64,000 bases of DNA from Terriglobia bacterium (GCA_963748015.1 CAVVHE010000005.1:320001-384000); one strand, 5' to 3'; counted from the stretch's first letter, positions 1-9,421 are shown. Notes: generated by a model not told the origin, from the sequence alone. Program-made: numbers and translations.

Positions 1-1
1 C

Positions 2-775
2 GAGGTCAGCCGGCTCGAGACCGGCTCCGCGTCGCCGTTCATCTACCGCAAGAACGGCCGGCCGGTCACCTACGTGATCGGCGACGTCGCCGGTGCCGAG
101 GAGTCGCCCGCCTACGCGATCCTGAACATGTCCGAGCGGATCCGATCGATCTCGGTGCCGCGGGGCTACACGGTGGACGAGCGGATGGTGGACGACCCGT
201 CGAAGGGAGACCGCGAGGCCGTGGTTTGGGACGGCGAGTGGCGGATCACCTACGAGGTCTTCCGCGACCTGGGGATCGCGTTCGGCGCGGTGCTGGTGCT
301 GATCTACATCCTCGTGGTCGCCTGGTTCCGGTCGTTCGTGGTGCCGCTCCTGATCATGGCCCCGATCCCGCTGACCCTGGTGGGCATCCTGCCGGGCCAC
401 GCGCTGACCGGCCTGTTCTTCACCGCGACGTCCATGATCGGCATGATCGCGCTGGCCGGGATCATCGTCCGCAACTCGATCCTGCTCGTGGACTTCATCG
501 AGCTCTCCATGGAGCGCGGGCTCTCGCTGTACGAGGCGGTCCTCGAGGCCGGTGCGGTCCGGTTCCGGCCGATCGCCCTCACCGCGGCGGCCGTCATCGT
601 CGGCGGCATCGTCATGGTGCTCGACCCCATCTTCCAGGGACTCGCGGTCGCGCTGATGAGCGGGGTGTTCGTCTCGACCGCCCTGACGCTGGTCGTGATC
701 CCGCTCCTGTACTTCATGATGATGCGGCGGCGCGCGCCGGCCGAAGCACCCGCCGCCGGGGAGGACCGCCCATGA
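2..775 (+). CDS. RND efflux transporter permease subunit (AcrB/AcrD/AcrF family), C-terminal part; gene begins before the window
   Basis: Frame is open from base 2. C-terminal TM helices carry RND motifs GIIVRNSILLVDF and GAVRFRPIALT. Confidence 0.93.
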   Translation, partial: EVSRLETGSASPFIYRKNGRPVTYVIGDVAGAEESPAYAILNMSERIRSISVPRGYTVDERMVDDPSKGDREAVVWDGEWRITYEVFRDLGIAFGAVLVLIYILVVAWFRSFVVPLLIMAPIPLTLVGILPGHALTGLFFTATSMIGMIALAGIIVRNSILLVDFIELSMERGLSLYEAVLEAGAVRFRPIALTAAAVIVGGIVMVLDPIFQGLAVALMSGVFVSTALTLVVIPLLYFMMMRRRAPAEAPAAGEDRP

Positions 776-1062
776 GGATGCTCATGATCTTCTGCGCCGG
801 ATCGAACGTGCACGCGGTCCGCCGGCTGATCGACGCTCACGAGGTGCACGGCTACACCGAGATCCCGGATCTCATCGGCTCGGGAACGACGGGGCTGCAC
901 ATGGGGACTCGCGCGCACCCGGGTACCTCGGCGCTGATCCTCGCGGCAACGGACAAGGCGAAAGCCGACGAGCTCGTCGGAGCCCTCGGGGACCTCGCGC
1001 GGACCTGCGCCCCCGAGGAGGGGCTGCGCGTCTTCGTGCTTCCGGTGGAGAAAACGATCTAG
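772..1062 (+). CDS. PII-like (GlnB-fold) transporter-associated small protein, 96 aa
   Basis: ATGA overlap with the RND stop. MRMLMIF...GYTEIPDLIGSGTTGLHMGTRAHPG...LRVFVLPVEKTI matches the PII-like proteins found after RND pumps. Confidence 0.75.
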   Translation: MRMLMIFCAGSNVHAVRRLIDAHEVHGYTEIPDLIGSGTTGLHMGTRAHPGTSALILAATDKAKADELVGALGDLARTCAPEEGLRVFVLPVEKTI

Positions 1063-1098
1063 GCGAAGTCGGGGAACGGTCCCCGAGCGGAGCGGAAC

Positions 1099-1389
1099 AT
1101 GAAGCAGATCACCGTCCTTTACAGCTCGGATCTCGCGGAGACCGTCCAGGACGCGCTCGTGCGCGCCGGGGTGGAGGGATTCCTGCGCATCCCCGGGGCG
1201 GTGGGCATGAAGCCGGGTGCCGCCGCGGAGCACGGGCGCTACCCGCGCTGGGAAGCCGAGATGCTCGTCGCACCCGTCGCGGACGCGGTGGCGGACGAGG
1301 TCGTGGCCGGGCTTCGTTCCTTCGCCGGACGTTGCGAGGTCGAGCCCTGCATGCGTATCCTGGTCTCGAGCCTGGAGGCGGTGTACTGA
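1099..1389 (+). CDS. second PII-like small protein, 96 aa
   Basis: GGAG SD. Same length and layout as the preceding gene (GVEGFLRIPGAVG...PRW...LV, C-terminal MRILVSSLEAVY). Confidence 0.65.
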   Translation: MKQITVLYSSDLAETVQDALVRAGVEGFLRIPGAVGMKPGAAAEHGRYPRWEAEMLVAPVADAVADEVVAGLRSFAGRCEVEPCMRILVSSLEAVY

Positions 1390-1577
1390 TGGAGAGCCTG
1401 GGCAATTCGCTCGTCCTGGTCGGGATCATCGCGGGATGGTTCGTGCTGAACCGCTACGTCCTCCCACGGGCCGGCATTCCCACCTGAATGGCCCCCGGAT
1501 GCGGCCCCGCGGAGCGGGGCATGACGGACGGGCCCCCGGCGAGCCACGACGAGAAGCTCGAGTCCGGGCGCGAGTGA
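1389..1577 (+). CDS. small single-TM protein, candidate selenoprotein (UGA at 1485-1487; 32 aa if stop, 62 aa if Sec)
   Basis: TGATG coupling to the previous gene. Translation MESLGNSLVLVGIIAGWFVLNRYVLPRAGIPT-(TGA)-MAPGCGPAERG...ESGRE*. Absent from the ORF track. Confidence 0.55.
1504..1520 (+). promoter_or_regulatory. candidate bacterial SECIS hairpin
   Basis: GCCCCGC-GGA-GCGGGGC stem-loop. The G-initiated loop begins 24 nt after the in-frame TGA. Confidence 0.45.
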
Positions 1578-1595
1578 ACCCACGGTAGCGCGACG

Positions 1596-3359
1596 CTACG
1601 GGGCTCCCGGAGGGGGCACGCGGCGCCTCGTCGCCTGCTCGAAGGAGTAGGCGAGAGCGAGGAGACGTGGCTCGCTGCACGCCATGCCGGTGAAGCTGAC
1701 GCCGTAGGGGGACGGCTTCGCGTTGAACCCCTCAGGGAACGGCGCGGCCGGAGCCGTGGGCGCGTTGGGCACCGTGCCGAAGGGCACGATCACGGTCGGG
1801 TAGCCGGGCCTCGCCGCCAGGGCGGCGCCGGACGGGCCGGGGAAGAGGAGCGCGTCCAGGTCGTTCGCCTTCATCACCTCGTCGATGCCGTGCGTGGCCG
1901 AGAGGGCGACGTCTCTCGCACGGTCGGCTTCGTAGCGCGCTTTGTCCGCCTGCACGTCCATCTCGTCGGAAATGTCGAGGTTGGACTGCCCGTACTTCAG
2001 CGCCCCGGCCTTCGTGTGGGTCAGGTTCCACAGCCTAAGCTCGGTCAGCGTCTTGACGGGTGCCCCCGGGCCGAGCGACGCGAGCCACTTGTTGAAGTCG
2101 CGCTTCATGCCGTACTTGAAAGCCACCGAGCAGTCCGCGTCCTTCCCCTTCGCCTCGCTCCACCCCGAGCAGATGCCCCACAGCAGGAAATTCCTCGCCG
2201 GGTCCTTGTCGACCACGCTCGGGATGTCCGCCGGGTCCACGAGCACGGCGCCCTGTTTGCGGAGGACCTCGATGGCCTCGGTCATGACCTTGGCCTGGTC
2301 GGCGTTCAGGCCGCCGCGCGGCTCCTTCGCCCCGGGCGGAGCGAACTTGTCGTAGAAGAACGCGCGCGGGATGCCGATCCGCGCGCCCTTCAGGGCTCCC
2401 GCGTCGAGGAACTTCGTGTAGTCGCGGCCGGGCGGGGGCGCGCAGGCCTTCGTGGCCGGGTCGTCGGGGTCGGGAGCCGCGCCCTCGAGCGCGCCGAGGA
2501 GAATGGCCGCGTCCGCGACCGTCCGGGCCATCGGCCCCGGCGTGTCCTGGTCCGCGGTGATGGGGATGACGCCGTGGCGGCTGATCCGCCCCACCGTCGG
2601 CTTGACCGCCACGAGCATGGTCTGGTTGGCGGGGGAGAGGATCGAGCCGGACGTCTCGGTGCCCACGTTGGCGGCCCAGAAGCTAGCCGAGGTTCCGATG
2701 CCGCTCGACGAGCCGCCGGTGAATAGAGCCGGCCGCCCGTCGCCGGTCGCATCGCGCGGATCGCGCCTCGGGTCGTAGGGGTTGAACCCGAACCCGCCGA
2801 CGGCGTTGTAGTTCGCGGGCATCGGGCTCGGGGAGCCGGCCACCCAGTTGGCGAGCTCGGTCATGCCGGTCTTCGCGATGACGATCGCGCCGGCGTCGCG
2901 CAGATTCTTCGTCAGGGTCGCTTCGTAAGACGGCACGTACCCGTCGAAGGCGAGCGCGCCGCCGGTCGTGGGCATGTTCGTCGTGTGGATGTTGTCCTTC
3001 AGGGCGATCGGGATGCCGTGGAGCGGCCCCCGGATCCTTCCCTGAGCGCGCTCGCGGTCGCGCTCCTCGGCCTCCTTCAGGGCATCCGGGTTGACGGTGA
3101 TCGCCGCGTGCAGCTTGTCCTCGTAGAACGCGATCCGCGTCAGGCTCGAGACGACGAGGTCCCGCGAGGTGACGCGCCCCTGCTCCTGGGCCTTCTGCAT
3201 CTCCGCGATCGTCGCCTCGGCGACGGAGAACGGGGCGCCGGCGGAGGCGGCGTCGGTCCCGCGCCTTCCCCGTGGCTGCGCCGCGGCGAGCAGGACCACG
3301 AAGAGGAGGAGCATCGGCAAGACGCTCCGGTAACGATTGATCCCGCCATGTTCCCGCAA
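1596..3359 (-). CDS. secreted amidase (amidase signature family)
   Basis: GPLHGIPIALKDNI (Lys), GGSSSG and GTETSGSILSPA (Ser-cisSer-Lys triad). N-terminal hydrophobic signal; TTG start with GGAG SD. Confidence 0.93.
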   Translation of the reverse strand: MREHGGINRYRSVLPMLLLFVVLLAAAQPRGRRGTDAASAGAPFSVAEATIAEMQKAQEQGRVTSRDLVVSSLTRIAFYEDKLHAAITVNPDALKEAEERDRERAQGRIRGPLHGIPIALKDNIHTTNMPTTGGALAFDGYVPSYEATLTKNLRDAGAIVIAKTGMTELANWVAGSPSPMPANYNAVGGFGFNPYDPRRDPRDATGDGRPALFTGGSSSGIGTSASFWAANVGTETSGSILSPANQTMLVAVKPTVGRISRHGVIPITADQDTPGPMARTVADAAILLGALEGAAPDPDDPATKACAPPPGRDYTKFLDAGALKGARIGIPRAFFYDKFAPPGAKEPRGGLNADQAKVMTEAIEVLRKQGAVLVDPADIPSVVDKDPARNFLLWGICSGWSEAKGKDADCSVAFKYGMKRDFNKWLASLGPGAPVKTLTELRLWNLTHTKAGALKYGQSNLDISDEMDVQADKARYEADRARDVALSATHGIDEVMKANDLDALLFPGPSGAALAARPGYPTVIVPFGTVPNAPTAPAAPFPEGFNAKPSPYGVSFTGMACSEPRLLALAYSFEQATRRRVPPPGAP

Positions 3360-3573
3360 GGTCCTCTCCTTCCCTTTCGAAGCCTACGCCACCGGCGGAC
3401 CCGATTCTCCTCAGGCTTTCGCGCAATTTCAAGCTATTTGCCGCCGGGCGCAAAAAGGCTCGCGCCACCGGGGAAAGGTCGTGTCCGCGGACGGAATTCG
3501 GCGTAACCTCTCGGCACGTAGAGGTCGCGACCCGGTAGATGCGTGGCGCGGTCCGCCAAAGTGGAGGTGTGCG

Positions 3574-6500
3574 ATGCGCGCGGGAGATCGCGTACGTTCC
3601 ACCATCGTCACGATCGCGGTGCTGGGCTTGCTGGCCGCGTCGGGCGCCGTCGCCTCCGAGCCCACCGCTGCCGCGCCGGAGCGCGACGAGCCTCGAGCGC
3701 TTTCCTTCGAGGACCGCCTTGCGGCGCAGTGGGCGATCGAGCGAGTTTACTGGGCCCACCGGATCTGGCCGAAGGACAACCCGGGCCCGAAGCCACCGCT
3801 CGAGCAGGTCGTCTCGCCCGAGACGATCCGGGCGAAAGTCGAGGCTTACCTCGGGAAGTCGAACGCCCTCGACGCTTACTGGCAGCGGCCTCTCACGGCG
3901 GCGCAGCTGCGGGCCGAGATGGAGAGGATCGCCCGGGAAAGCCGCAACCCCGAGGTCCTCCGCGAGCTGCTCGGAGCCCTCGGGAACGATCCGCTCCGGA
4001 TCGCCGAGTGCCTGGCGCGGCCCGCGCTGGCCGATCGGCTGGCGAGGGCGTACTTCGACGCGGACGACGGCGCGGCGGGGCCCAAGCTCGCGTTCGACGA
4101 CTGGTGGGCCGACGCGAAGGGGACGATCGCGCTCGAGCTCCCGCTTCCAGCGACCTCCTACGAGATGATCGAGCCCGACGGCATGGGATGTACCGACGAC
4201 TCGTGGCTACCGATCGCGAACGGCTCGCCGGATCCGCGCAGCCGCTCGACCGCGGTGTGGACCGGCACCGAGATGATCGTCTGGGGCGGCTTCGACGACG
4301 ACAACGTCTCGAACAACGGCTATCGGTACAACCCGGCCACGGACACCTGGACCCCGACCAGCACCGGCACCGACGTGCCGTCGCCGCGCCGGTACCACAC
4401 CGCGGTCTGGACGGGCACGCGCATGATCGTCTGGGGCGGCGAGTCGGCGTACGGGCCGTCGACGTCGCGCGTCAATTCCGGCGGAAGCTACGATCCCGTC
4501 TCCGACACGTGGACGGCGACGAGCACCGGGACGAGCTGCCCTTCGGCGCGGGAGAAGCACTCCGCGGTCTGGACCGGAAGCCTCATGCTCGTCTGGGGGG
4601 GAAACGGACCGGCCTACGACACCGGATACACGGGAGGCCGCTACAACCCGGCCACGGACAGCTGGACCAAGACGGCCGACGCCACGATCAATGTGCCCCT
4701 CCCGAGGGATTCACACTCGGCGGTGTGGACCGGGACGTACATGGTGATCTGGGGCGGAGCCTCCACCCAGGGGATCGTCGTGTTCGCCGATGGCGGGCGG
4801 TACAACCCGCTCACGGACTCGTGGCTCGCCGTAAACACCTCGGGGGCGCCCGCCGCGCGCGCCAACCATCGCGCGGTGTGGACCGGCAGCGTCATGATCG
4901 TGAAGGGTGGGAATTCGTCCCCGGTCACGGGCGGCCGCTACGATCCGGGTTCGGACACGTGGGCGCCGACCTCGACGATCGGCGCTCCCGCGGGGGGCGG
5001 CGGAACGGCCGTGTGGACCGGCAGCGAGATGATCGTCTGGGGCGGCGGCACGAACACGGGAGCCCGGTACGATCCGGTCGCCGACAACTGGACCTCGACC
5101 GGCACCGGCGCCAACGTGCCATCGATCCGAGCCGATCATGTCGCCGTCTGGACCGGAACCGAGATGATCGTCTGGGGAGGCCAGAGGGACACCGTCCCCA
5201 TGCGGACCGGAGGGCGTTACAGCCCCGCCTCGGATTCGTGGGTCCCGACGAGCGTGGGAAGCGGGGTTCCGCCGGCGAGCTCCAGCCTGGCTGCCGTCTG
5301 GACGGGCGCCGAGATGATCGTGTGGGGCGGCCAGGTCGGGTCCATCGTGGGTTCCAGCTCGGGCGGCAGCTACGATCCCGCGCTGGATCGGTGGACCCCG
5401 ACGGCCTCCACGAATGCTCCCAGCGCGCGCCTCAACCACACCGCGGTCTGGACCGGCGCCGAGATGCTCGTCTGGGGAGGCCAGTACAACTCGGGCGGCG
5501 TGCAGAACACGGGAAGCCGCTACGATCCGATCGCCGACCGGTGGACATTCACGAGCATCGGCACGAACGTCCCGTCGAGTCGGGCCGCGCACGCCGCGGT
5601 CTGGACCGGCACGCGCATGGTGGTCTGGGGAGGCCGGACCTCGTCCGGGAATACGAGCACGGGGGCGCGCTACGATCCGTCCACCGACAGCTGGGCACCC
5701 ACATCCCTGGTGGGCGCTCCGACCGCGCGGACCGGTCACGCCGCGGTCTGGACGGGGACCGAGCTGATCGTCTGGGGCGGGAGCGACACCAACACAGGCG
5801 GGCGCTACAACCCGGCCTCCGACGCGTGGACGCCGACCGGCACCGGAGCGAACGTGCCGTCCGCGCGTAGCATCGCGGCTGCGGCGTGGACGGGGACCGA
5901 GATGATCGTCTGGGGAGGCCAGGGCCCCGGTAGCGGCGCCGCGCTGAACACCGGCGGACGGTACAACCCCTCCACCGATCTGTGGACCGCGACCAGCGCC
6001 GGCGCGGGCGTACCCGCGGCGCGATACCGGCACTCGCTGGTCTGGACCGGAACGGAGATGATCGCGTGGGGTGGCTGGGACGGCTCGCAGAGGTTCAACA
6101 CCGGGGGACGCTACGACCCGGCCGGCAATTCGTGGAGCGCGACGAGCACGGGCACGAACGCCCCGTTCGGGCGCCACTCCCACACGGCGGTGAGGACCGA
6201 GAGTGAGATGATCGTGTGGGGAGGCGACTCGCTCACGGCCTCGGGGGCGAGGTACTGCACCGAGCCTTGCACCCCGCAGGCCTGGTACCAGGACGGGGAC
6301 GGCGACCGGTACGGCAACCCCTCGGTGACCCAGTCCTCGTGCACGAAGCCGTCGGGGTACGTCGCCGTGGCCGGAGACTGCGCCGACGGGAACGCCTCCG
6401 CCCACCCGTACGCGACCGAGGTCTGCAACTCGATCGACGACGATTGCGACGGGAAGGTGGACGAGGGATTCGACGCGGACAACGACGGGTACACGTCGTG

Positions 6501-7542
6501 CGGCGGCGACTGCAACGACGGCAACAACAAGGTGTACCCGGGAGCCCCCCAGCTCTGCAACGGCATCAACGACGATTGCAGCGATCCCGCCTGGCCGGCC
6601 GTTCCGCCGAGCGAGGCGAACGCCGACGGCGACGGCTACCGGATCTGCCAGGGCGATTGCGACGACACGAACAACAAGGTCTATCCGGGCGCCGCGCAGC
6701 TGTGCGACGGGGTGAACGACAACTGCCTCGACCCGGGCTGGCCGACCGTTCCCGCGAACGAGGCCGACGCGGACGGCGACGGCTACCGGATCTGCCAGAA
6801 CGACTGCGACGACACGCGCGCCTCGGTGCACCCCGGGACGGCCGAGGCTTGCAACGGTCTGGACGACAACTGCAACGGGCAGACGGATGAGGACGCTCAG
6901 GGGGTGGACACGGATGGCGACGGAATCCACAACGCCTGCGACAACTGCAAGACGGTTTACAACCCGGACCAGCTCGACGCCGACGGCGACCATGCCGGCA
7001 ACGCGTGCGACAACTGCATCCTGGCGCCGAACCCGGCGCAGCAGGACACGGACGGGGACCAGATCGGGGACGCGTGCGACGACTGCCCGCTGGCCTCGAA
7101 CCCGACGCAGTCGGACCTCGACGGGGACAAGGTCGGGGACGCGTGCGACAACTGCATCACCGACCATAACCCCGCCCAGACCGACTTCGACCACGACGGG
7201 ACCGGGGACGTTTGCGACCTGAACGACGGCCTGATCTACATCCTGCAGGCCGACAAGGACTACGTCGAGTGGCAGCCGGAGAGCGGGCCGACGTCCTGGA
7301 ACGTGTACGAGGGGGATCTCGCGGTCTTGAAGTCGACCTTGGTCTACACGCAGGCTCCGGGCTCGAACCCGCTGGCGGTGCGGGAGTGCGGGGTCCTGGA
7401 CGCGTTCGTGGCGGACCCGGTCGCGCCGGACCCCGGGCAGGTGAAGTTCTCGCTGGTGACCGGAGTGCAGAACGGCACGGAATGGAGTCTCGGGACCGAC
7501 TCGGGCGGGATCTCGAGGCCCAACACGAACCCCTGCCCGTGA
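3574..7542 (+). CDS. large secreted protein: helical N-domain, 14 kelch-like repeats, Cys/Asp-rich putative metal-binding repeats, thrombospondin type-3-like repeats and a C-terminal domain
   Basis: GGAGG SD before ATG 3574 and a signal peptide. 14 x (H)xAVWTGxEMIVWGG...GGRYxP..DxW. DCxD...xPGAxExCNGxDDDC repeats and DxDGDxxGDACDNC repeats. Confidence 0.85.
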   Translation: MRAGDRVRSTIVTIAVLGLLAASGAVASEPTAAAPERDEPRALSFEDRLAAQWAIERVYWAHRIWPKDNPGPKPPLEQVVSPETIRAKVEAYLGKSNALDAYWQRPLTAAQLRAEMERIARESRNPEVLRELLGALGNDPLRIAECLARPALADRLARAYFDADDGAAGPKLAFDDWWADAKGTIALELPLPATSYEMIEPDGMGCTDDSWLPIANGSPDPRSRSTAVWTGTEMIVWGGFDDDNVSNNGYRYNPATDTWTPTSTGTDVPSPRRYHTAVWTGTRMIVWGGESAYGPSTSRVNSGGSYDPVSDTWTATSTGTSCPSAREKHSAVWTGSLMLVWGGNGPAYDTGYTGGRYNPATDSWTKTADATINVPLPRDSHSAVWTGTYMVIWGGASTQGIVVFADGGRYNPLTDSWLAVNTSGAPAARANHRAVWTGSVMIVKGGNSSPVTGGRYDPGSDTWAPTSTIGAPAGGGGTAVWTGSEMIVWGGGTNTGARYDPVADNWTSTGTGANVPSIRADHVAVWTGTEMIVWGGQRDTVPMRTGGRYSPASDSWVPTSVGSGVPPASSSLAAVWTGAEMIVWGGQVGSIVGSSSGGSYDPALDRWTPTASTNAPSARLNHTAVWTGAEMLVWGGQYNSGGVQNTGSRYDPIADRWTFTSIGTNVPSSRAAHAAVWTGTRMVVWGGRTSSGNTSTGARYDPSTDSWAPTSLVGAPTARTGHAAVWTGTELIVWGGSDTNTGGRYNPASDAWTPTGTGANVPSARSIAAAAWTGTEMIVWGGQGPGSGAALNTGGRYNPSTDLWTATSAGAGVPAARYRHSLVWTGTEMIAWGGWDGSQRFNTGGRYDPAGNSWSATSTGTNAPFGRHSHTAVRTESEMIVWGGDSLTASGARYCTEPCTPQAWYQDGDGDRYGNPSVTQSSCTKPSGYVAVAGDCADGNASAHPYATEVCNSIDDDCDGKVDEGFDADNDGYTSCGGDCNDGNNKVYPGAPQLCNGINDDCSDPAWPAVPPSEANADGDGYRICQGDCDDTNNKVYPGAAQLCDGVNDNCLDPGWPTVPANEADADGDGYRICQNDCDDTRASVHPGTAEACNGLDDNCNGQTDEDAQGVDTDGDGIHNACDNCKTVYNPDQLDADGDHAGNACDNCILAPNPAQQDTDGDQIGDACDDCPLASNPTQSDLDGDKVGDACDNCITDHNPAQTDFDHDGTGDVCDLNDGLIYILQADKDYVEWQPESGPTSWNVYEGDLAVLKSTLVYTQAPGSNPLAVRECGVLDAFVADPVAPDPGQVKFSLVTGVQNGTEWSLGTDSGGISRPNTNPCP

Positions 7543-7590
7543 CGGGTCGACGGGAAGGGGCCGTGGCGGGAGCGTCGACCGGGCAGCTGC

Positions 7591-7619
7591 TTGTGCCTCC
7601 CCTGCTCCCGCGATAGGCT
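7591..7619 (+). promoter_or_regulatory. putative sigma70 promoter giving a leaderless transcript
   Basis: TTGTGC-17 nt-TAGGCT, ending 7 nt before ATG 7627. No SD. Confidence 0.5.
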
Positions 7620-7626
7620 GGCCCGC

Positions 7627-7998
7627 ATGACCCCCGAGACGTTCCGGTCGTGGCTCGAGGCTTACAAAGCCGCTTGGGAAAAGCGCGATCCCGACGCCGC
7701 CGCGGCGCTGTTCGCCGAGATGGCGGTCTACCAGGAAACCCCGTACCGCGACCCGATGCGCGGGCGCGCGGCCATCCGCGCGTACTGGGAGCACGTTCCC
7801 CGCACCCAGGACGAGGTGCACTTCCACTTCGAGGTCCTCGCCGTCACGGGGGACGTGGGGATCGCCCGCTGGTGGGCGTCGTTCGTGAAGATCCCCGCGG
7901 GCAAGCGCGTCCACCTCGACGGCGTCGCGGTGATCAACTTCGACGGCGAGGGGAAGTGCCGTCTCTTCCGGGAGTGGTGGCACAAGCGCGAGGCGTAG
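7627..7998 (+). CDS. SnoaL/NTF2-like family protein
   Basis: WLEAYKAAWEKRDPDAAAALFAEMAVY...GRAAIRAYW...GKCRLFREWW. Confidence 0.85.
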   Translation: MTPETFRSWLEAYKAAWEKRDPDAAAALFAEMAVYQETPYRDPMRGRAAIRAYWEHVPRTQDEVHFHFEVLAVTGDVGIARWWASFVKIPAGKRVHLDGVAVINFDGEGKCRLFREWWHKREA

Positions 7999-8017
7999 GA
8001 AACGGGAGCGGCGGGAC

Positions 8018-9388
8018 TCAGGGACGGTCGGCGGTCCGGCGCCCCTCGTTGGCGACGGCGCGGGCGTCGACCCCGGACGCGCTGGGCGCCGCGCTCGCCG
8101 CGTGCGGCGCCGAGAGCACCACGTCCGCGTCGGAGTCCGCATAGGGTAGCGGCGGCGCGCAGGTTCGCGGCGCGGGCCCGCCGCGTGACGCCACCAGGTC
8201 GAGGAGCCACTCCTCCTCCTGGTGACGGGCCCGCCGGACCCGTCCTCCCGCTCGCGGCGCCGCGATGCAGAACACCAGCTCGCCCCGCGTGGTGTTGAGG
8301 AAGCCGGCGAGCACCGAGACGCCGCCGTCGGTCGCGGTCAGCGTCCCCGTCTTCGCCACGAGGGCGGTGGCATTCGCGCCCGCGGCGAACTGCGGGAAGA
8401 ACCGCGTTACCGTGCCGGGATCGCACCCGGCCACGGGCAAGAGCGATTCGACGTCCCTCCCTACCCTCTCGCCGGTGCGGCGGAACTCGCGCATCATCCG
8501 GACGACGAGGCGCGGCGTGATGCGGTTCTCGCCGAGACCCGACGTCGTCTCGAGCCGGACGAGATCGGGCGGCGCCCCGATCGCCTCGCCGAGCCGCTGC
8601 GCCAGCTCTCCGGCGGGCCCCAGGGCAACCCCGACCCGCTCGATGTCGTTGTTCGAGAAACAGTTGAACCGGCGGAGGATGTCCGCGAGGCGCTTCGACC
8701 GGTGCACGACGGCGACGTCGGCCCCCTGCGTGACGTCCACGACCCGGATGCCCTTGGCGACGGCGACTCGCGGAGGCTGGTTGGCGTAGAGGCCGCGTCG
8801 CGTCGCGAACTCGCGCCAGGCGGCGCGGGTCGCCTGGTTCCACGTCCTGGAGTCGAGGGCCAGCCTGAGGCGCGTTCCCATCAGCGCCGCGCGCCGCTCG
8901 GGATCGCGCTCCATCCCCGCGGAGCCGTCCTCCCATCCCATCCAGAACCGGTGGTTGACGACCAGGGCGCCGGTGACCTGGCGCACGCCGAGCCGGTTCA
9001 ACGCCGCGGCGGCGAGGAAAGCGTTCTCGGACTGGAAGTCGGGGTCGCCGCCACCCTCCACCACGAGGTCGCCGCGGAGGATCCCTTTCGCGGCGTCCAC
9101 CGAGCCGCGGACGGAGAAGCGCGTCTCGAACCTGAAATCGGGGCCGAGCTTCTCGAGCGCCCACCACGAGGTCGCCACCTTGACGACCGACGCGGGGTTG
9201 ATCGGACCGTCGGCGGCCCGGCTGTCCACGACTTCGCCGGAGAGCGTCTCGACGTGCCACACCATGTCGAGCGGCGGCCGCCGCGGTTTCGTGGGGCGCG
9301 CCTTTCGGGGCTGCGCGGCCATCGCGCCGTCGGCGGCGAAGGCCGCGAGCAGGAGCAGCGCCGCAACGAGTGCCGGCTTCTTCTTCAT
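8018..9388 (-). CDS. dacB: D-alanyl-D-alanine carboxypeptidase/endopeptidase (PBP4, peptidase S13)
   Basis: NPASVVK (SxxK), GDLVVEGGGDP, SNN, TSGL and AKTGTL motifs. Signal peptide MKKKPALV... Confidence 0.85.
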   Translation of the reverse strand: MKKKPALVAALLLLAAFAADGAMAAQPRKARPTKPRRPPLDMVWHVETLSGEVVDSRAADGPINPASVVKVATSWWALEKLGPDFRFETRFSVRGSVDAAKGILRGDLVVEGGGDPDFQSENAFLAAAALNRLGVRQVTGALVVNHRFWMGWEDGSAGMERDPERRAALMGTRLRLALDSRTWNQATRAAWREFATRRGLYANQPPRVAVAKGIRVVDVTQGADVAVVHRSKRLADILRRFNCFSNNDIERVGVALGPAGELAQRLGEAIGAPPDLVRLETTSGLGENRITPRLVVRMMREFRRTGERVGRDVESLLPVAGCDPGTVTRFFPQFAAGANATALVAKTGTLTATDGGVSVLAGFLNTTRGELVFCIAAPRAGGRVRRARHQEEEWLLDLVASRGGPAPRTCAPPLPYADSDADVVLSAPHAASAAPSASGVDARAVANEGRRTADRP

Positions 9389-9421
9389 CGGCGCGCATTC
9401 TACATCGCGCGCCAAGCAACG

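Noticed and set aside
3440..3530. Possible sigma54 promoters (TGGCGC...TTGC and GGCACG...TCGC) between divergent genes
   Set aside because: GG-to-GC spacing is 12-13 nt rather than the required 10.
4240..6230. Recurring GTCTGGACCGG / GAGATGATCGTCTGGGG motifs
   Set aside because: These are coding repeats of the VWTG kelch protein, not a nucleic-acid element.
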